The notes: a model not told the origin generated them from the letters alone. Counted from the first letter of the stretch, positions 1-15,610 are shown. The stretch: 64,000 nt of DNA from Eledone cirrhosa (GCA_964016885.1 OZ024741.1:328290001-328354000); one strand, 5' to 3'. Made by a program: numbers and translations.

Positions 1-399
1 AATGCACTTAATATATTTAATTAGAGTACAACATTTATGTTAAAAATCATATAGCTGACATTGAATCCAAGTTTCGAAAGTCATGTGTTAATCAGACGAA
101 ATTTCAGTATCAATTCATAAATATAGACAGACTCGAAAATCTAGCGTTAATAGATAAGGGATCGTGTAAACACCTTTGAGTAAAACAGGCAAGTAAATAT
201 TAATGGGAATAAAAGACGAAAAGTGGTAGTAAGAGAATATCAAATTAATGGCGTTTTTTTCTGCTTGTATTGTTTGTGGCTTGATTTCAATCTCACATAA
301 GTGCACGCAATAAGGCACTCCCTGTTCACACTTAACAGTGCCACATATGCCAACACACACTCACACCACATATATATGCATATATATATATACATATGG

Positions 400-453
<54 letters not shown>

Positions 454-461
454 ATAATAAT

Positions 462-1660
<1,199 letters not shown>

Positions 1661-1677
1661 AACATACATACATACAT

Positions 1678-2297
1678 GTTGATAGCTGCCCCCTCGTTAT
1701 CGAGTATGGTCATTGCACGATACACCATTATTAATAATTATTAATTAATTCTATCGTGCAATAACTGTGCGTGATGATATTTTCTCAAGTGAGAAAAGAC
1801 AGTGCATTGAGCCAATCCCACTCTCTGAGCGAGAGTAGCTATAACCCGAAAAGAAGAAAAGATCAACATCATTGTTAACTACTGAGCCTCAGGTTTTATA
1901 TCAGAGTTATACCAGTTTCCTGAGTTGCCTTCGCCTAAAAGAATGCCCTGACAAAAGCTAGGGGTCCTTTACTCCCAGTGATATAACCGCGCGACCGGGT
2001 GTCCAGCCCGACTATTTCTATGTCCTCGTGCATATACATACACATGCACCCATGTATAGACACATATACATACATATGTACATGTGCATATACATATTTA
2101 CACACTTTTGGATGGCCGTTGACTCTTATGAGTTCTTCCGCGCTTTGTCAGGTTTTGTTTTTTGTCCTGCTGGGTGTCCAAAATCACCCTCCTCACCAAA
2201 TAAACTTGGTGGGGTTGCCGGTTTAGTCGACGACGATCCGACCATGCGACAGGTTGTACTGGGTTACATGTTACCAGTAGCACTCAAGAGTGACCCG
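1678..2297 (-). mobile_element. RTE-related non-autonomous retroelement, copy 1
   Basis: Homologous to 35546-36132 and 39810-40103 (gctgcc..ctcgtt.tcgagta.gg.ca; tggatggcc.ttgactctta.gag; ggttgtactggg.tacatgttaccagta). Flanked by (TACA)n. RTE assignment comes from the 5'UTR-like motif seen in copy 2. Confidence 0.55.
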
Positions 2298-2384
2298 ACA
2301 TACATACATACATACATACATACATACATACATACATACATACATACATACATACATACATACATACATACATACATACATACA
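2298..2384. repeat. (TACA)n microsatellite
   Basis: Direct reading. Confidence 0.98.
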
Positions 2385-2385
2385 T

Positions 2386-5300
2386 TCCATCAGTCAACGC
2401 GATCAGTCGCATATTTTTGCGTGGGAGACTATTTATTAAATTTAAGATGAATACTATCTCCGACAGTAATGCCACAACTACAGCCAGGTTGAATAACTGG
2501 TTATTCTTCTAACTATCCCTTCTGAAGACACCTTTTATTCGAATTCGTAGAGATATCCGACTAAATACATAATTCATTTTACAAGGATTTGCTACAAACA
2601 GCATGGCTGAACACAACATCAACAAGAAAATTAAGGAAGTATCGAAGACAAATAACAAAGAAGGTAATCAAACTTTATTCAGTTGTAGCTACAGAAGAAA
2701 CCGAAATTATAAAAGTCATTTCTCTTGGAGTTGGGAACTTAATGATGATTTATTTAATTGTTATAAAATGGCAAAAAACAATCCCTCCATTGGCTATATG
2801 AATAGAATGAAGCTACACTGGGACGAAATGCACCCAGAGCTAAATTTTTTTACAGCGAAACAATTACGCCAACAAGCGACGTTGTTGAACGTAAAAATAA
2901 GATTATTAATTGTAAGTCCCCCACAACAAACATGGAATCAACAACACGTGCTACAGATCGCCATGCTACTAGACTTCCTAGCAGCCAGGTCGAACAGCGC
3001 CTTGAAACAATTATGCCTGTACCATCTAAGTCTACCTTGAATGCTGGGGAAAACACTATCGATGATAATAATCATCGAAGAAGTAATAATAATAATCGAA
3101 TAAATGTGACACCACGTATACCATCCGAGTCTACCTCGACTGTTGTGGAAAATACTATCGATAATGATAATCAAAAGTATAAGCACTTGAAAATTTCCCT
3201 CAACGAAATCTTCCAGAGAGAAATTAATTCATGTATAAATATCTCTCTGGCTGAACGTGTTAAAATGACAATGGTGAATAAAAAACCAAATAATGAAATA
3301 CTACGTGTTATTGACGAAATAGGGGATGAATATTTACGACGGATAAAAACCCTAACATTTTGGCAAATCAACGCCTGTTTATATGCATTAGCAATGACAG
3401 TGAAGCATTATCTTGGGGATAGCAGAGATATTAACAAGAACAAAACACCACCAAAAATACCATCATATATAACTAAAATAGAAAAAAACATAGGACATGT
3501 GATAATGCTCCTTACAAGCAAACAAACACAAAAAAAACCTCACTCCTCACCAACAAAGAGTGAAAAATGAAATAGAGACGATATTTGGTCACAGTAGAAC
3601 CAGAACTCTCCAATATAAGCTGATCACCCTCAAACAAGAATTGAGAGCTGTTAGCGAAAAACGCCGATACCTGAAGAAGTTAGATGAGAGAAAAATGCTT
3701 AATAAAAGATTCAGACGAAACCAAACATCAGTCTATAGAGATATGAAGGGCAAAATAATAAGTGTCACTGAGGCCCCATCCCAGAAAGACATAGATTCCT
3801 TTTGGAGAAAAATATGGGGTGAAAAGAAGAATTTCAACCAAGATGCAGTGTGGCTAAGAGAAATCCGAAAGAACTATTGCTCCTACACTACAACAAAAAC
3901 ATACGAAATAAGTGAGGTACCCTTGAGACTGTGATAGGAAAACTCCAAGATAAGAAAACACCAGGAAGAGACATGATTTTCGGCTACTGGTACAAAAAAC
4001 TAATATTCTATCGGAGGTATCTTACTGACCCCTACCAACGTGTTCTTAAGGGAGATACACTTATACCAGAATGGTTGACATTAGCACAAACGATATTGGT
4101 CCCCAGAACAAAGACACCCACTTGGCAAAAAACTACCGACCCATTGCATGCCAGAACCTGATGTATAAGATATATACAGCCTGCCTCAACCTATTCCTCC
4201 AAGATCACTCTGAAAATAATAACATCATCACAGATGAACAAGCAGCTGGAAATAAAAGGGTTTGGGGATGTGCTGAACCACTCCTAATCAACAAAAATGC
4301 GATGTCGGAGGTGCGACAACTTAGGAGGAATATGACTACAGTCTGGCTGGACTACAAGAAATCTTTCGATTCTGTTCCCCACGCTTGGATGATAGAGCCC
4401 CTCCAACCTGCTAAAGTCCCAGACATTATTGTCAGAGCCAGAGAGAGGCTGTCTTCTTCTTGGGCTACTATCCTAAGGTTAAAGACAGAGAGGGAGGTCT
4501 CTATTTTCACTGATAAAATAAAATATTGCAGAGGTATATTTCAGGGCGACAGTCTCTCTGTGATATTGTTTATCTTGTCATTAAACCCCTTGTCCTTTCT
4601 GCCCAAGAAATGTGAGGGATACATCATTGGCTCACAGGAGGACAGAAATACGAACCTATCCCATAACTTCTTTGTGGACGATCTGAAACTCTATGCCAAG
4701 AACATAGATGGTATGAAGAAAAATCTTGACCTGGTTACAACGTTCCCAAAGGATATAGGAATGGAGTTTGGCCAAGTTTGGTCATACATGACTGTAAAGC
4801 GGGAAAAAACAACAACCCAATCTAGCAACAATGTCATCAATGGTCTAACTGTTTCACCGATATCTGATGAGGACTGCTACAGATACCTGAGGATAGATGA
4901 GAACATATCCTATAATGGTATCTGTAATAAAGAACGCGTAACCAGGGAATACTACATCCGATTACGAAAGATCTGGTCATCGGAACTCTCTGCGCAAAAC
5001 AAAACAGTGGCTCACAATGTGTTTGCGGTGCCTGTCCTAACACCAACGTTTGGAATACTCAATTGGACGATAGACGAATTCCGAGCAGTTGATGTTGGAA
5101 AATATCGAAAAATACTGAACATCACCGGAAAATTCCACATCAACAGTGACATAGACCGCCTTTACTTGAAACGTAAGCAGGGAGGCAGAGGCCTAACATC
5201 AGTCCACACAACATTTGAATGTCGCATCATATCTCTCCGACAACATCTACGAACCTCGAAGCGTAGGGGCCCGCTTCTCGAGCAAGTCTATCTGCATGAA

Positions 5301-6469
5301 ACAGATAAGATCATGAGAGTTGGGAAGGAACTCCTTGAGAGATATTCCCTGTGTGATAATCAAAAACACACACCCAGGGATGTCGCTCACCAGTATCGCA
5401 GTGAATCCATGGATGAAAAGGTGCATGCCTATCAGCAAAGAAATCATGCATGGATATGTTGCCAGGAAGCTCCAGAGTGAGAGTAATATAGATAACGAAA
5501 GTAGTCTATCTTGGACCAACAACCGCTATATTGGCTCCCACTTTGAAGGATACGCTTTTGCAATCCAAGAACAGGAGATTAGTACGAAATACCTGATTCA
5601 CAAAAGTGATAGGGATGCAGGCAAAACACCTAGATGTGATAACAAGTGCAGACTCTGCAGAACTAACATCGAGGATATCACCCATGTCATCAGCAGCTTC
5701 CCAAAGATGCCATCGCGGTACTATCTATCTATGAGGCATGATGTAGTGGCCAAAACACTGTACAATGCAGTTCGTAAAAAAGATAGCGCCGATAATAAAT
5801 ACATTAAAAGCTACAACAATGTGGAAGACATCCATGTCCATAATATGAAAGAGTACTGGTGGAATGTTCCAGTAAAAACCCCAATAAAATGTAGGCATAA
5901 CAGACCAGATATTATGATATGGGACAGGGAGAAGAAAACATGCACAGTAGTGGAAATTAGCTGCCCAGCAGATGCCAAAATAATATCAAAGATTAGTGAA
6001 AAGGAGAATATTTATGCAGAACTGATGAGAAATCTGCAGATACTCCACCCTGATTACACCTTCAGATTTATGCCTGTGATTATTGGGGCACTGGGATATG
6101 TTAGTAACTGCCTCAATACAAATCTTGAGAAGCTGGGCTTCACAGGAACGGAAAGAACACAACTAGTTAGGAAATTACAAGTACAATCCATTAATGGAAC
6201 AGTAAAAATATGTAAAACAGTCCAAAAATGTTGCATCTATTAACTGCATATACACATGTACAGATACAAAGCATATACACATGCACACATACAACTCAAA
6301 ACATACACATCCACACATACAATAACATCCATATCTACACATACATGCAGACATGCATACATATCTACTTAGTTGATGTTGTGTAAATTCCAATGAGAGA
6401 GTCTTGTGTCTATGTTAGAAACCGACTCTCTCTATTGGTACAACTTTGTGAAATTATAAAACCAGAAGA

Positions 6470-6470
<1 letters not shown>
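2386..6470 (+). mobile_element. R4/Dong-clade non-LTR retrotransposon, family A copy 1 (near full length, frameshifted)
   Basis: Broken ORF 2603-6243. N-terminal W..ELN..L..CY....GY..RM...W motif; RT motifs YRPIACQ, VWLDYKKSFDSVPH, GIFQGDSLS, FFVDDLKL; CRLC..EDITHV zinc knuckle; RHD; RLE NRPDIMIWD..VEISCP..K..Y. Flanked by (TACA)n at both ends. Confidence 0.92.
4071..6243 (+). pseudogene. Reverse transcriptase + restriction-like endonuclease ORF remnant of R4/Dong element
   Basis: ORFs 4071-5480 (RT) and 5320-6243 (CCHC + PD-(D/E)xK RLE) joined by a frameshift. Confidence 0.9.
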
Positions 6471-6502
<32 letters not shown>

Positions 6503-6592
6503 CATACATACATACATACATACATACATACATACATACATACATACATACATACATACATACATACATACATACATACATACATACATACA
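6470..6592. repeat. (TACA)n microsatellite at the 3' junction of the R4 element
   Basis: Direct reading. Confidence 0.98.
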
Positions 6593-6859
6593 TGTTAATT
6601 ATTACGTTCGGCTATGCAGTGAAAAAAATGCAGTTTTATATGTAAACCATTTCATCTATTCCTCTATTCGCAGGAACATATAACCCTTTATTCTTCTACA
6701 TTTTTCGAACGCTATTGATAACTACCTCTATGGTTCAATATACGAATGATAATTGCTATAGCAACGCTATATCTATCGTACGAAATATAGTAAATATCTG
6801 ATATATCCAGTCCAATTTGCAAGATCTCCATACGTTTGGCGACGTCATTAATTATATAT

Positions 6860-6958
6860 TGGTTAACTTTGCCTTTGATCCTTATGGGGTCGCTAAAATA
6901 AAGTACCAGTAATACTCTGGAATAATTGCTGGCCTTGTGCCCAAAGTAGAAACAATTA
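6860..6958 (+). mobile_element. SINE 3' fragment (Nin/Deu-like domain, TTA-type tail)
   Basis: ggttaactttgcctttgatccttatggggtcgctaaaataaagtaccagt...gctggccttgtgcccaaagtagaaacaatt, the same family as 34463-34580. Confidence 0.75.
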
Positions 6959-7087
6959 ATTATATATTATAATTAGTATCTTCATTATGCAAGATGTCCT
7001 TCTTTGAAAACAGTAGACGAGGGATTAAGAAAGTTTTTAATATTATTTTAGTATCTCAAGAACCCACCTAGGAGTTTATTCTAGCTC

Positions 7088-7158
7088 ATCTGTAGTTTTG
7101 TATATATGTAGTTTTGTATATCTGTAGTTTTGTATATCTGTAGTTTTGTATATCTGTA
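7088..7158. repeat. 16-bp minisatellite (tatctgtagttttgta) x~4
   Basis: Direct reading. Confidence 0.85.
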
Positions 7159-7479
7159 TGTTGCGATTGAGGCGATATCTTAATGTGTCCGATAGTCAAT
7201 TCTTTGAATATGTGTGTGTGTGTGTGAGTGCAGGTGCATGTGTATATATATATATCCCCTTACATATAATTCCTAGTAACCATACAGCCCCTTTTTAAAA
7301 TTTTTTTTATATGCCCGATATATATCTAAGTGCATTTAAGATGCTCCAACGCAGAAAATAACTGCGTGTGGACATTAGACATCCTCTCATCAATTTAATT
7401 CCTCAGACACGAAAATTAAAATATTCTAGCTTCACATATGGCGTCTGTTTACACTCAGAGACACAGACACACTCACACA

Positions 7480-7629
<150 letters not shown>

Positions 7630-7683
7630 ATTCAAGAAAGAAGAGTGACATGGTTTGCTATACAATAAGGGCTTTATTCACAT

Positions 7684-7793
7684 TGCTGACAATTGTTTCT
7701 TTGATCTGGTAGGTCTATAGTTCGCTACTCGATTGATGTTGCGTCAGTCAATCTCCAATACTTTGTTTATAACCAGTCGTTTTCACCAGAGCA
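7684..7793 (-). ncRNA. Hammerhead ribozyme copy in inverted pLTR of P1, core mutated (CUGGUGA)
   Basis: Reverse complement of 10975-11084 with an A-to-G change in the CUGAUGA box. Confidence 0.75.
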
Positions 7794-10700
7794 CACGAAA
7801 GCGAGGAAGATACACAAGGCATGGCTTTTATAGAGGAGTGCTATTAAACGAGAACAGTAATATCAATAATAAAATAACTAGATACTGAATAGTTAAAATA
7901 ATAACAGCAATATAAGTAAGAAATAGAGTATATTGATGAATCTAGCATATTAAAAGAACTGATATGATACAGATGTATGAAAATGAGGTGTGAAAACTGC
8001 TATAGGGTACATTAGATGTAGCATTAAGGTGGTGAAGAGATAACTGATAAAATGTACTTGGAGTCAGGATTTATGATGTATATGCGTTTGCTGTAGGTCT
8101 GTAGGCATGCTAGCAATAAACTAGAAGGCTAGAAGGTGTTTATAGAAGATTATGGTTCTGTAGTGGGCTGTGTGAGATTAATATGCCCATCCAAGTCGCA
8201 TATCGGTAAAATTAGCAAGAACATTCGAGATAGGGTAATCGCACAAATTAAGGGAAAACTAGAAATCAATTTATGGGGTAACATTAACGATGCAATTGAA
8301 TGGTTCAATATAATAAGAAATAGAGAAACATACAACTTCATACAATTTGACATAAATCATTACTACGCATCCATATCCCCTGTCATCCTAGATAAAGCGC
8401 TAATATTTGCCCAAAATAACCCAGACCTTACCCCAGATGAAATTAAAATAATACTAGCTGCTAGAAGGACTATCAGAAAATTTGAAAATAGCTACTAGGA
8501 AAGAAAAAATAGGAAGAATAGCTTCGACATCACAATGGGATCGAACGACTGAGCGCAAATAACGGATGTTGTGGGATATGTATAGCACACAACCTACATA
8601 AAGAATTGAATAACCTCCAAGGAGGAATTTATAGAGATGACACGCGTCTTATAGCTAGGAACTTAAATAACCAGAGCATGGAAAGATTACGAAAAGACAA
8701 AAGAACATTCTTCAAAAACCTAGGCCTAGATATTACTTACGAACGGAATTCTAAAAAGGCAAACTTTCTAGACGTAACTCTAAACCTAAGTACGGGATTA
8801 ATAGAACCCTTCCACAAAAATAATGAGAATCTAGCCTACATTAGTTATAACTCAAACAACCCCCGATCCATAATTAACTCCATAGCACGTAGTATATCCC
8901 TTAGAATATCCCGCTTATCCTCAAAAGAAGAAACTTTTAAAGAACATGCTAATTATTATAACGCAGCATTACATAGGGCTGGACACAAAGAAAAACTGCA
9001 GTTTATAACAGATAAGGACAACACAAACAAACCCATTAACACCAACACCAACCGCTCATACAAAAATAAAGGTAACTGGACTAGACATAGAACTAGGCAA
9101 GTAGCACCTAGAGTAGGAGGACTGAACACGAATAATGGAAGCCTTAGAAACTGTAGAAGAACTAGAGAAAGAAAATACCTATGGTTTAATCCGATCTTCA
9201 ACTCTTCTATAAGAACTAAACTGCCTTCTACGTTTTTTTAAACTAATATATATGCACTTCCCTACATCGCATAGATATCATAAAATCTTCAATAGAAAAA
9301 CTATAAAACTTTCATACTCTACTGCTGCCAACATTGAATCGCACATACGCAATATCAACCACTAGAATACCTCTAAGAAAGCTATCCCACCTATACGCAA
9401 CATAGCACCAAACACTAAACACAAACACATTACCGTATCACAACCACAAACGCACATGAACACACCACAGCAAAAATTCAATAGGCATGAATCACAACCC
9501 ACATATATCATTTTGAAAAACCGCAATGTGAAAGCTGCACGGAATAATACTTCAAACTGCAATTGTCACCTACCAGATAAGTGCCTTTTAGAGAATAGGT
9601 GCCTTGATTCTAGCCTAGTGTATATGTGTACTGTAAACTCGGGCAACTCCACTTGGCTCTACATTGGATCTACCGCGGGTGTTTTTAAAAAAAGGTGGTA
9701 TGTGCACAGACATTCAATGAAGAACCGTGCACTGGTAAATTCTACAACCCTCGCCAATAAAATCTGGCAACTTAAGGACAAAAACCTTGATTACAATATT
9801 AGCTGGTCGGAATTAGCGGCCGCAAAAGACTATAGCAGCGGTATGTCCCATTGCGGGCTCTGCAACCTTGAATTGCTACATATCTTAAGGAACGATAACA
9901 TGCTACTCAACAGCAAAATAGAAAGGTCAATTTTCTGCAGACATAGAATTGCTACAAAATTCGCGAGATTTAAACCAGCGTCATTCGAAGCAGCATCCTC
10001 TATATTAAGGGAAAATCACTTAAATTTAACATATGAAATACACATTCTCACACAGCCCACTACTGAACCATAATCTTCTATAAACACCTTCTAGCCTCCC
10101 TAAATCTATACCACTAGGATGGGGCAATAATGTCTACAACTATCTTATTAGCCCATAAATCAATCCCATCTTTGCTGTTGTTTACTCCTTCGTACCAAAC
10201 AATTATATCTACGTATCTCATATTAGCACTCATGATCTCTAACAGATGAACTTAATTCTAAGTACATTATCTTATTACTCCTACACTCCTTGAAACCATA
10301 TTTTCCTCTTATTATTATTATGATCATCTCAATGTATCCCTAATATTATTCATCATGTTCTCTCTATCTACCATGCATATTTTACTATTTTATTACTTTT
10401 ATTGTCTCTATTATTGTTGGTATTATTGTCTTATTTATACACTATTTGTTATTGATGTTGTGAAAACTAAACCCCCATGATTCGAACTAACAATCCCAAC
10501 TTTTAGAATAGGCCACTTAAATAACGAACCTCCAACTTCATTTGACACCACATAAACACTATATATTTATTTTCACCCTTCCCTATCATTCTCACTAAAT
10601 TAATACAACGAAAATGCTTATCTGTCAAACAATAAATAAATCTCCGGTTTATTGCCAGCGTACCTACATACCTACAGCAAACGCATATACCTCATAAATC

Positions 10701-10974
10701 CTGACTACAAGTACATTTTATCAGTTATCTCTTCACCACCTTAACACTACATCTAATGTACCCTATAGCAGTTTTCACATGTCAATTTCCTACACATGCA
10801 TCATATCAGTTCTTTTAATATGTTAGATTCATCATCATACTCTATTTTTTACATATATTGCTGTTATTATTTTAACTATTCAGTATCTAGTTATTTTATT
10901 ATTGATATTATTGTTCTGGTTTAATACCACTCCTCTATAAAAGCCATGCCTTGTGTATCTTCCTCACTTTCGCG

Positions 10975-11084
10975 TGCTCTGATGAAAACGACTGGTTACA
11001 AACAAAGTATTGGAGATCGATTGACGCAACATCAATCGAGTAGCGAACTCTAGACCTACCAGATCAAAGAAACAATTGTCAGCA
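10975..11084 (+). ncRNA. Type I hammerhead ribozyme, long stem II, palindromic stem III
   Basis: tgct-CTGATGA-(83 nt with ctggt/accag and tcgattga/tcaatcga pairing)-GAAA-caattg-TC-agca. Stem I is tgct/agca. Confidence 0.85.
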
Positions 11085-11314
11085 ATGTGAATAAAGCCCT
11101 TATTGTATAGCAAACCATGTCACTCTTCTTTCTTGAATTATTATTATTCCAAATATAAACTACATAAACATCACCGCGAACTCGCAGCATCACTATTGAA
11201 ACGTCTTGTTGAGTGAAACTAAAACTTAGTCACACGTTAATACCATCCACTACAGGGAGTACTCCAACTTGACTACATCTAAGTGGACTGCCTATAACGT
11301 TAACCTGTTATCTC

Positions 11315-11366
<52 letters not shown>

Positions 11367-11377
11367 ATATATATATA

Positions 11378-11524
11378 TAATGAGAATCTAGCCTACATTA
11401 GTTATAACTCAAACAACCCCCGATCCATAATTAACTCCATAGCACGTAGTATATCCCTTAGAATATCCCGCTTATCCTCAAAAGAAGGAACTTTTAAAGA
11501 ACATGCTAATTATTATAACGCAGC

Positions 11525-11528
<4 letters not shown>
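11378..11528 (+). repeat. 151-bp near-identical duplicate of P1 internal coding sequence (8821-8971) embedded in (TA)n
   Basis: taatgagaatctagcc...aacgcagcatta. One mismatch seen (gaagaaact vs gaaggaact). Confidence 0.9.
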
Positions 11529-11567
<39 letters not shown>

Positions 11568-11573
<6 letters not shown>

Positions 11574-13247
11574 TCAGGTTATCAATAATGTAGTGATAAT
11601 ATATCGTTACGTTAGAGATGAACAGCGTACGTGCAGGTTTGCTCAACGAGTATAAATTATATTCCGGAGAAATGTAGAAAGGATGAATATAAAATGAAAG
11701 TGCTTTTGTTAAAAAAGGAATTTATTAGGTATTGACATGTTTCTGTAACAGACCGAATACCTATGTATCGCTGCTTGCGTAATCATATAATGTTAGCAAG
11801 TATTCGATAGCAAATGTATAATCAGTTGTCACTTCTTCAGAGATTTTGGATAAACTGGATAAAATCAGAAAAATTGAAGTATTTATATTAGTAAAAGAGG
11901 AAGGAACAGAGGGGATAGAATATGACAGATGGTAAAATAATTTACTGCTAAACAAGTATATAATGGGTTTTTAATGAGAATACCATGAGTAAATCTAAAT
12001 AAGAATTTTGGGAGTGCCGATTTTAATCTCTACTTGACCAACTGGACAGTGGACAGGGCTGGTCATTTGGTGCAGTAGTATTAATCATAAAGTGTCAATT
12101 GGGGAAGGGGGAGATTTCGATTGCTACTAAATAACATCAATGCTAGTAGTCAGCTGGTATTTGCACTAGGGAATTGAATCAAGAAATCAGAAATCTCATT
12201 TTATCTATAGCAGTTTGTATTAAAAGGTAAATAATAGAAGAGTTGATAGAATTAAGACTAATAAAGAATGTTCATATCTATTTTGACAATCAAACGGGGA
12301 TAGAGACAGGCGTTCAATCCTAGTAGTATTTATAATATGAAAATGTAGATTTTAAGCGATGGTTACAGTATAACGATCGCTCTATTCTGTTATTTAATAA
12401 AATGTTTTTGGATTTCATAATACAAAATAATTCTACATTACATAATTTACAAAATTCCTGTCCATTGGATAATGGGGGGGGGGCAGTCACTATTATATCC
12501 CATTTTAGGTGAAATTGTTGGTTATTTTCACGCAGCTGCCAAGCCTTGTCTGCGAGTGTTGTTACATAACGCTGGTTTTCATGTTTTATCGAATAACGAT
12601 GTCTATAAAGGCGTATATTTGAAGGAGGTGGCTGTAGATCCCACAAAGTATCACTTCTGTCTATCCGATTCGATAGTACATTTGTATACGATGTTGCGTT
12701 CAAGACACTGATTGTTCAACGGACACATTCCTGGTTGGACACAGTTGCAATTACAATTTTGCGTTGTTGTATTGCCATGGATGGGTTGATGAGGTTGCTT
12801 ATGTAGGACAGGATATTGTTTGTTGTTTTGTGATGTTATAGCTAATGTTTTACGTGTATTGTTATGTGTTGGAAGGCGTTTATACAACCGTTTTGCGTTA
12901 AGCATTTTTATATGTTGTTCAATATTAGGGGCGGTTGAATATGAAAGTCGGATGGTGTTAGGGTTTAAGATTTTATTATATTTATGTGATGTTGGAAAGT
13001 GTTTTCTAACTAATCGAAAGAATTTTGAGGGTAGATTGGTTTTAATAGATTTGTTATAGACCGGGTTGTACCAGATATACTCCTTACATCGCCTTCTGTT
13101 TGGTGGTGTGCGACTATTATTGTGTCTATTGCGGTAGTGTATGTATGGTGGTGATTCTGTGCTATTTCTACTCCTATGTGATTTATTTTGGGTGTTTTGG
13201 TGATCATTGACTATATACTCTATATTATCTAGGTGACCGGCTTTCCT
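11568..13247 (-). mobile_element. Penelope-like element P2, 5'-truncated (thumb/linker + GIY-YIG + 3' pLTR)
   Basis: [58 protein letters not shown]. Begins in (TA)n. Confidence 0.88.
11730..11844 (-). ncRNA. Hammerhead motif in P2 pLTR (weak stem I)
   Basis: CTGAAGA-a-gtgaca...tgttac-a-GAAA-catg-TC. Homologous to 15494-15610. Confidence 0.65.
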
Positions 13248-13438
<191 letters not shown>

Positions 13439-14651
13439 TTGATTAAACCGTTTCATAAATTGAATGAAAATCTCAAATACGTAAATGTTGGGTCTAACCA
13501 CCCCATCTCTATAATTAAATCTATCCCTAAAAATATTTCCCTTAGAATCTCGGGTCTATCTTCTAACATACAAGTATTTAAGGAACACGCCGAGTACTAC
13601 GATAACGCCCTTAGTAAAGCAGGCTACCTCAACAAAATAGAGTACATAGATGGGAACAATCAAAACACCCAAAATAAATCCCACATAGGTAGATATAATA
13701 ACACAACACCAAACCACACTTACTACCATAGTATGCACACCAGTAAACCAACAAACAAAACTAATAGAAAGCGATGCAAAGAGTACTTATGGTATAACCC
13801 CGAATACAATAGCTCCATTAGTACAAATTTACCAGTACTCTTCTTTAAAATAATTAAAAGACATTTTCCCACATCACACAAATACCACAAAATCCTAAAC
13901 CCTACCACTATAAGACTGTCATACTCTACAGCGTTAAACCTTGAACAACACATAAAAAAGATCAATACTAGAAGGTTAAACGAAAACACTAAGAACTTAA
14001 GTACAAAGAACCCCAAAAAAACAGTAGACAATACACTGCAGAACATAAATAAACCACACCTAAGTTCGTCCGCAATACTACTCCAGAGAAAACCCAACGT
14101 ACACAACTGTAACTGCACCTATCCTGACAACTGCCCCCTCGGCAATAACTGCCTGGAAAAAAATATTATTTATAAGTGTACCATTAAATCCGGAGGCAAC
14201 GAGTGGTATTACGTGGGATCAACGGCAACATCGTTTAAATCTCGATTGTATAGGCATTCTTACTCAATAAAACACCAGAGCCAAAGAAATGTAACAACTT
14301 TAGCAGAGAAAGCTTGGACGCTCAGGGATAGCAATCAAAAGTTTACCCTAAAATGGGAAAAATTAGCTAAAACCCAAAGCTTTTCCAGGAGCCAAAATTT
14401 CTGCAAATTGTGTAATCTTGAGATTTATTACATAATCACACACAAGAAGAAACTGCTGAATAACAGAATTGAACGAACATTATTCTGCCGTCACAGAACT
14501 AAAACCCTTTTTTCCCACTACAAGCCGAATATTACATAAAAGAGGGACATCGCCCAACTATATAAACCTTAATCTAGTTAGAAAAATATAAAAACAATCT
14601 CTTTTCAACATATATTAATAACCTTAAATTACCATACTAATAATGAAAAGA

Positions 14652-14709
14652 TATGCTGATGAGAATAGGTACAAATATGCGATAATGAATGTGTCTAAAA
14701 ACGTCCATA
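14652..14709 (+). ncRNA. Degenerate hammerhead motif (GAAA box altered to AAAA)
   Basis: tatg-CTGATGA-ga...tct-AAAA-acg-TC-cata. Stem I is tatg/cata. Confidence 0.45.
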
Positions 14710-14808
14710 AGTATGTATATATATGTGAAAATGTATATAAATAAGTAAATATATATATATGTTTGATGTGTATAGTTAGATGTAAGTGTATTCATGTATT
14801 AAAGTGCT

Positions 14809-14857
<49 letters not shown>

Positions 14858-14858
14858 G

Positions 14859-14903
<45 letters not shown>

Positions 14904-15493
14904 GTATATGTATATATGTATATATATATGTGTATGTATGTATGTGTATATGGATGTGTATGTATGTGTATGTGTGTACACATGGACTAGAGTATGTATG
15001 TATATATGTGTGTGTCTATACGTGTGTATATATAAAGATAAGTTGAGTATGAAAATGTATACACATGAGCGCGTATGTATGTACATGAATACATGTGTGT
15101 ATATATATGTGTATGCATGTGTATATATATGTAAGTATGAATATGTGAATTGTGAGTATATGTATTTTGTAGAGGTGTGCAAATATATTTGTGTGTGAAT
15201 GCGTGGGTGAAAGAATACGTACACTTGAAAGAAAAATTTAAGTCTGAATGTTAAGTGCAAACACAAAACCAACCACGCATATCTTTACTATCTCTAATCC
15301 TTCTATAGATTTAGAAAAATAACCAATAATATATTCTATAAAAAATGTCAAAACAACAGATGGGAATCTAATTAATCACTGCCACCAAGAATTCTCACTG
15401 CTATCGAAAAACCACTCCTTCAACTATTCTTCTAACAACTTCACCCCTTCCTCCTAATATTCTCTATAAAAACTAAATAGGTCCTCAGTAATA

Positions 15494-15610
15494 TTATTCT
15501 GATGAAATGACAGTAAACAATAACATTGAAATATTGAATGTCTGCATAACTAAAAGTTTGTAGATAGCTGTTTTAGGTTATGTAACTGTTATAGAAACAC
15601 GTGTCAATAA
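15494..15610 (+). ncRNA. Type I hammerhead ribozyme, long stem II, palindromic stem III
   Basis: ttatt-CTGATGA-a-atgacagt...actgttat-a-GAAA-cacgtg-TC-aataa. Inner helix tgcataac/gttatgta. Confidence 0.88.

Noticed and set aside
4864-4870. CTGATGA inside R4 ORFs (also ~6022, 38296, 39420) and CTGAAGA at ~50597 and 55095(-)
   Set aside because: No convincing stem II/GAAA/stem III/stem I arrangement.
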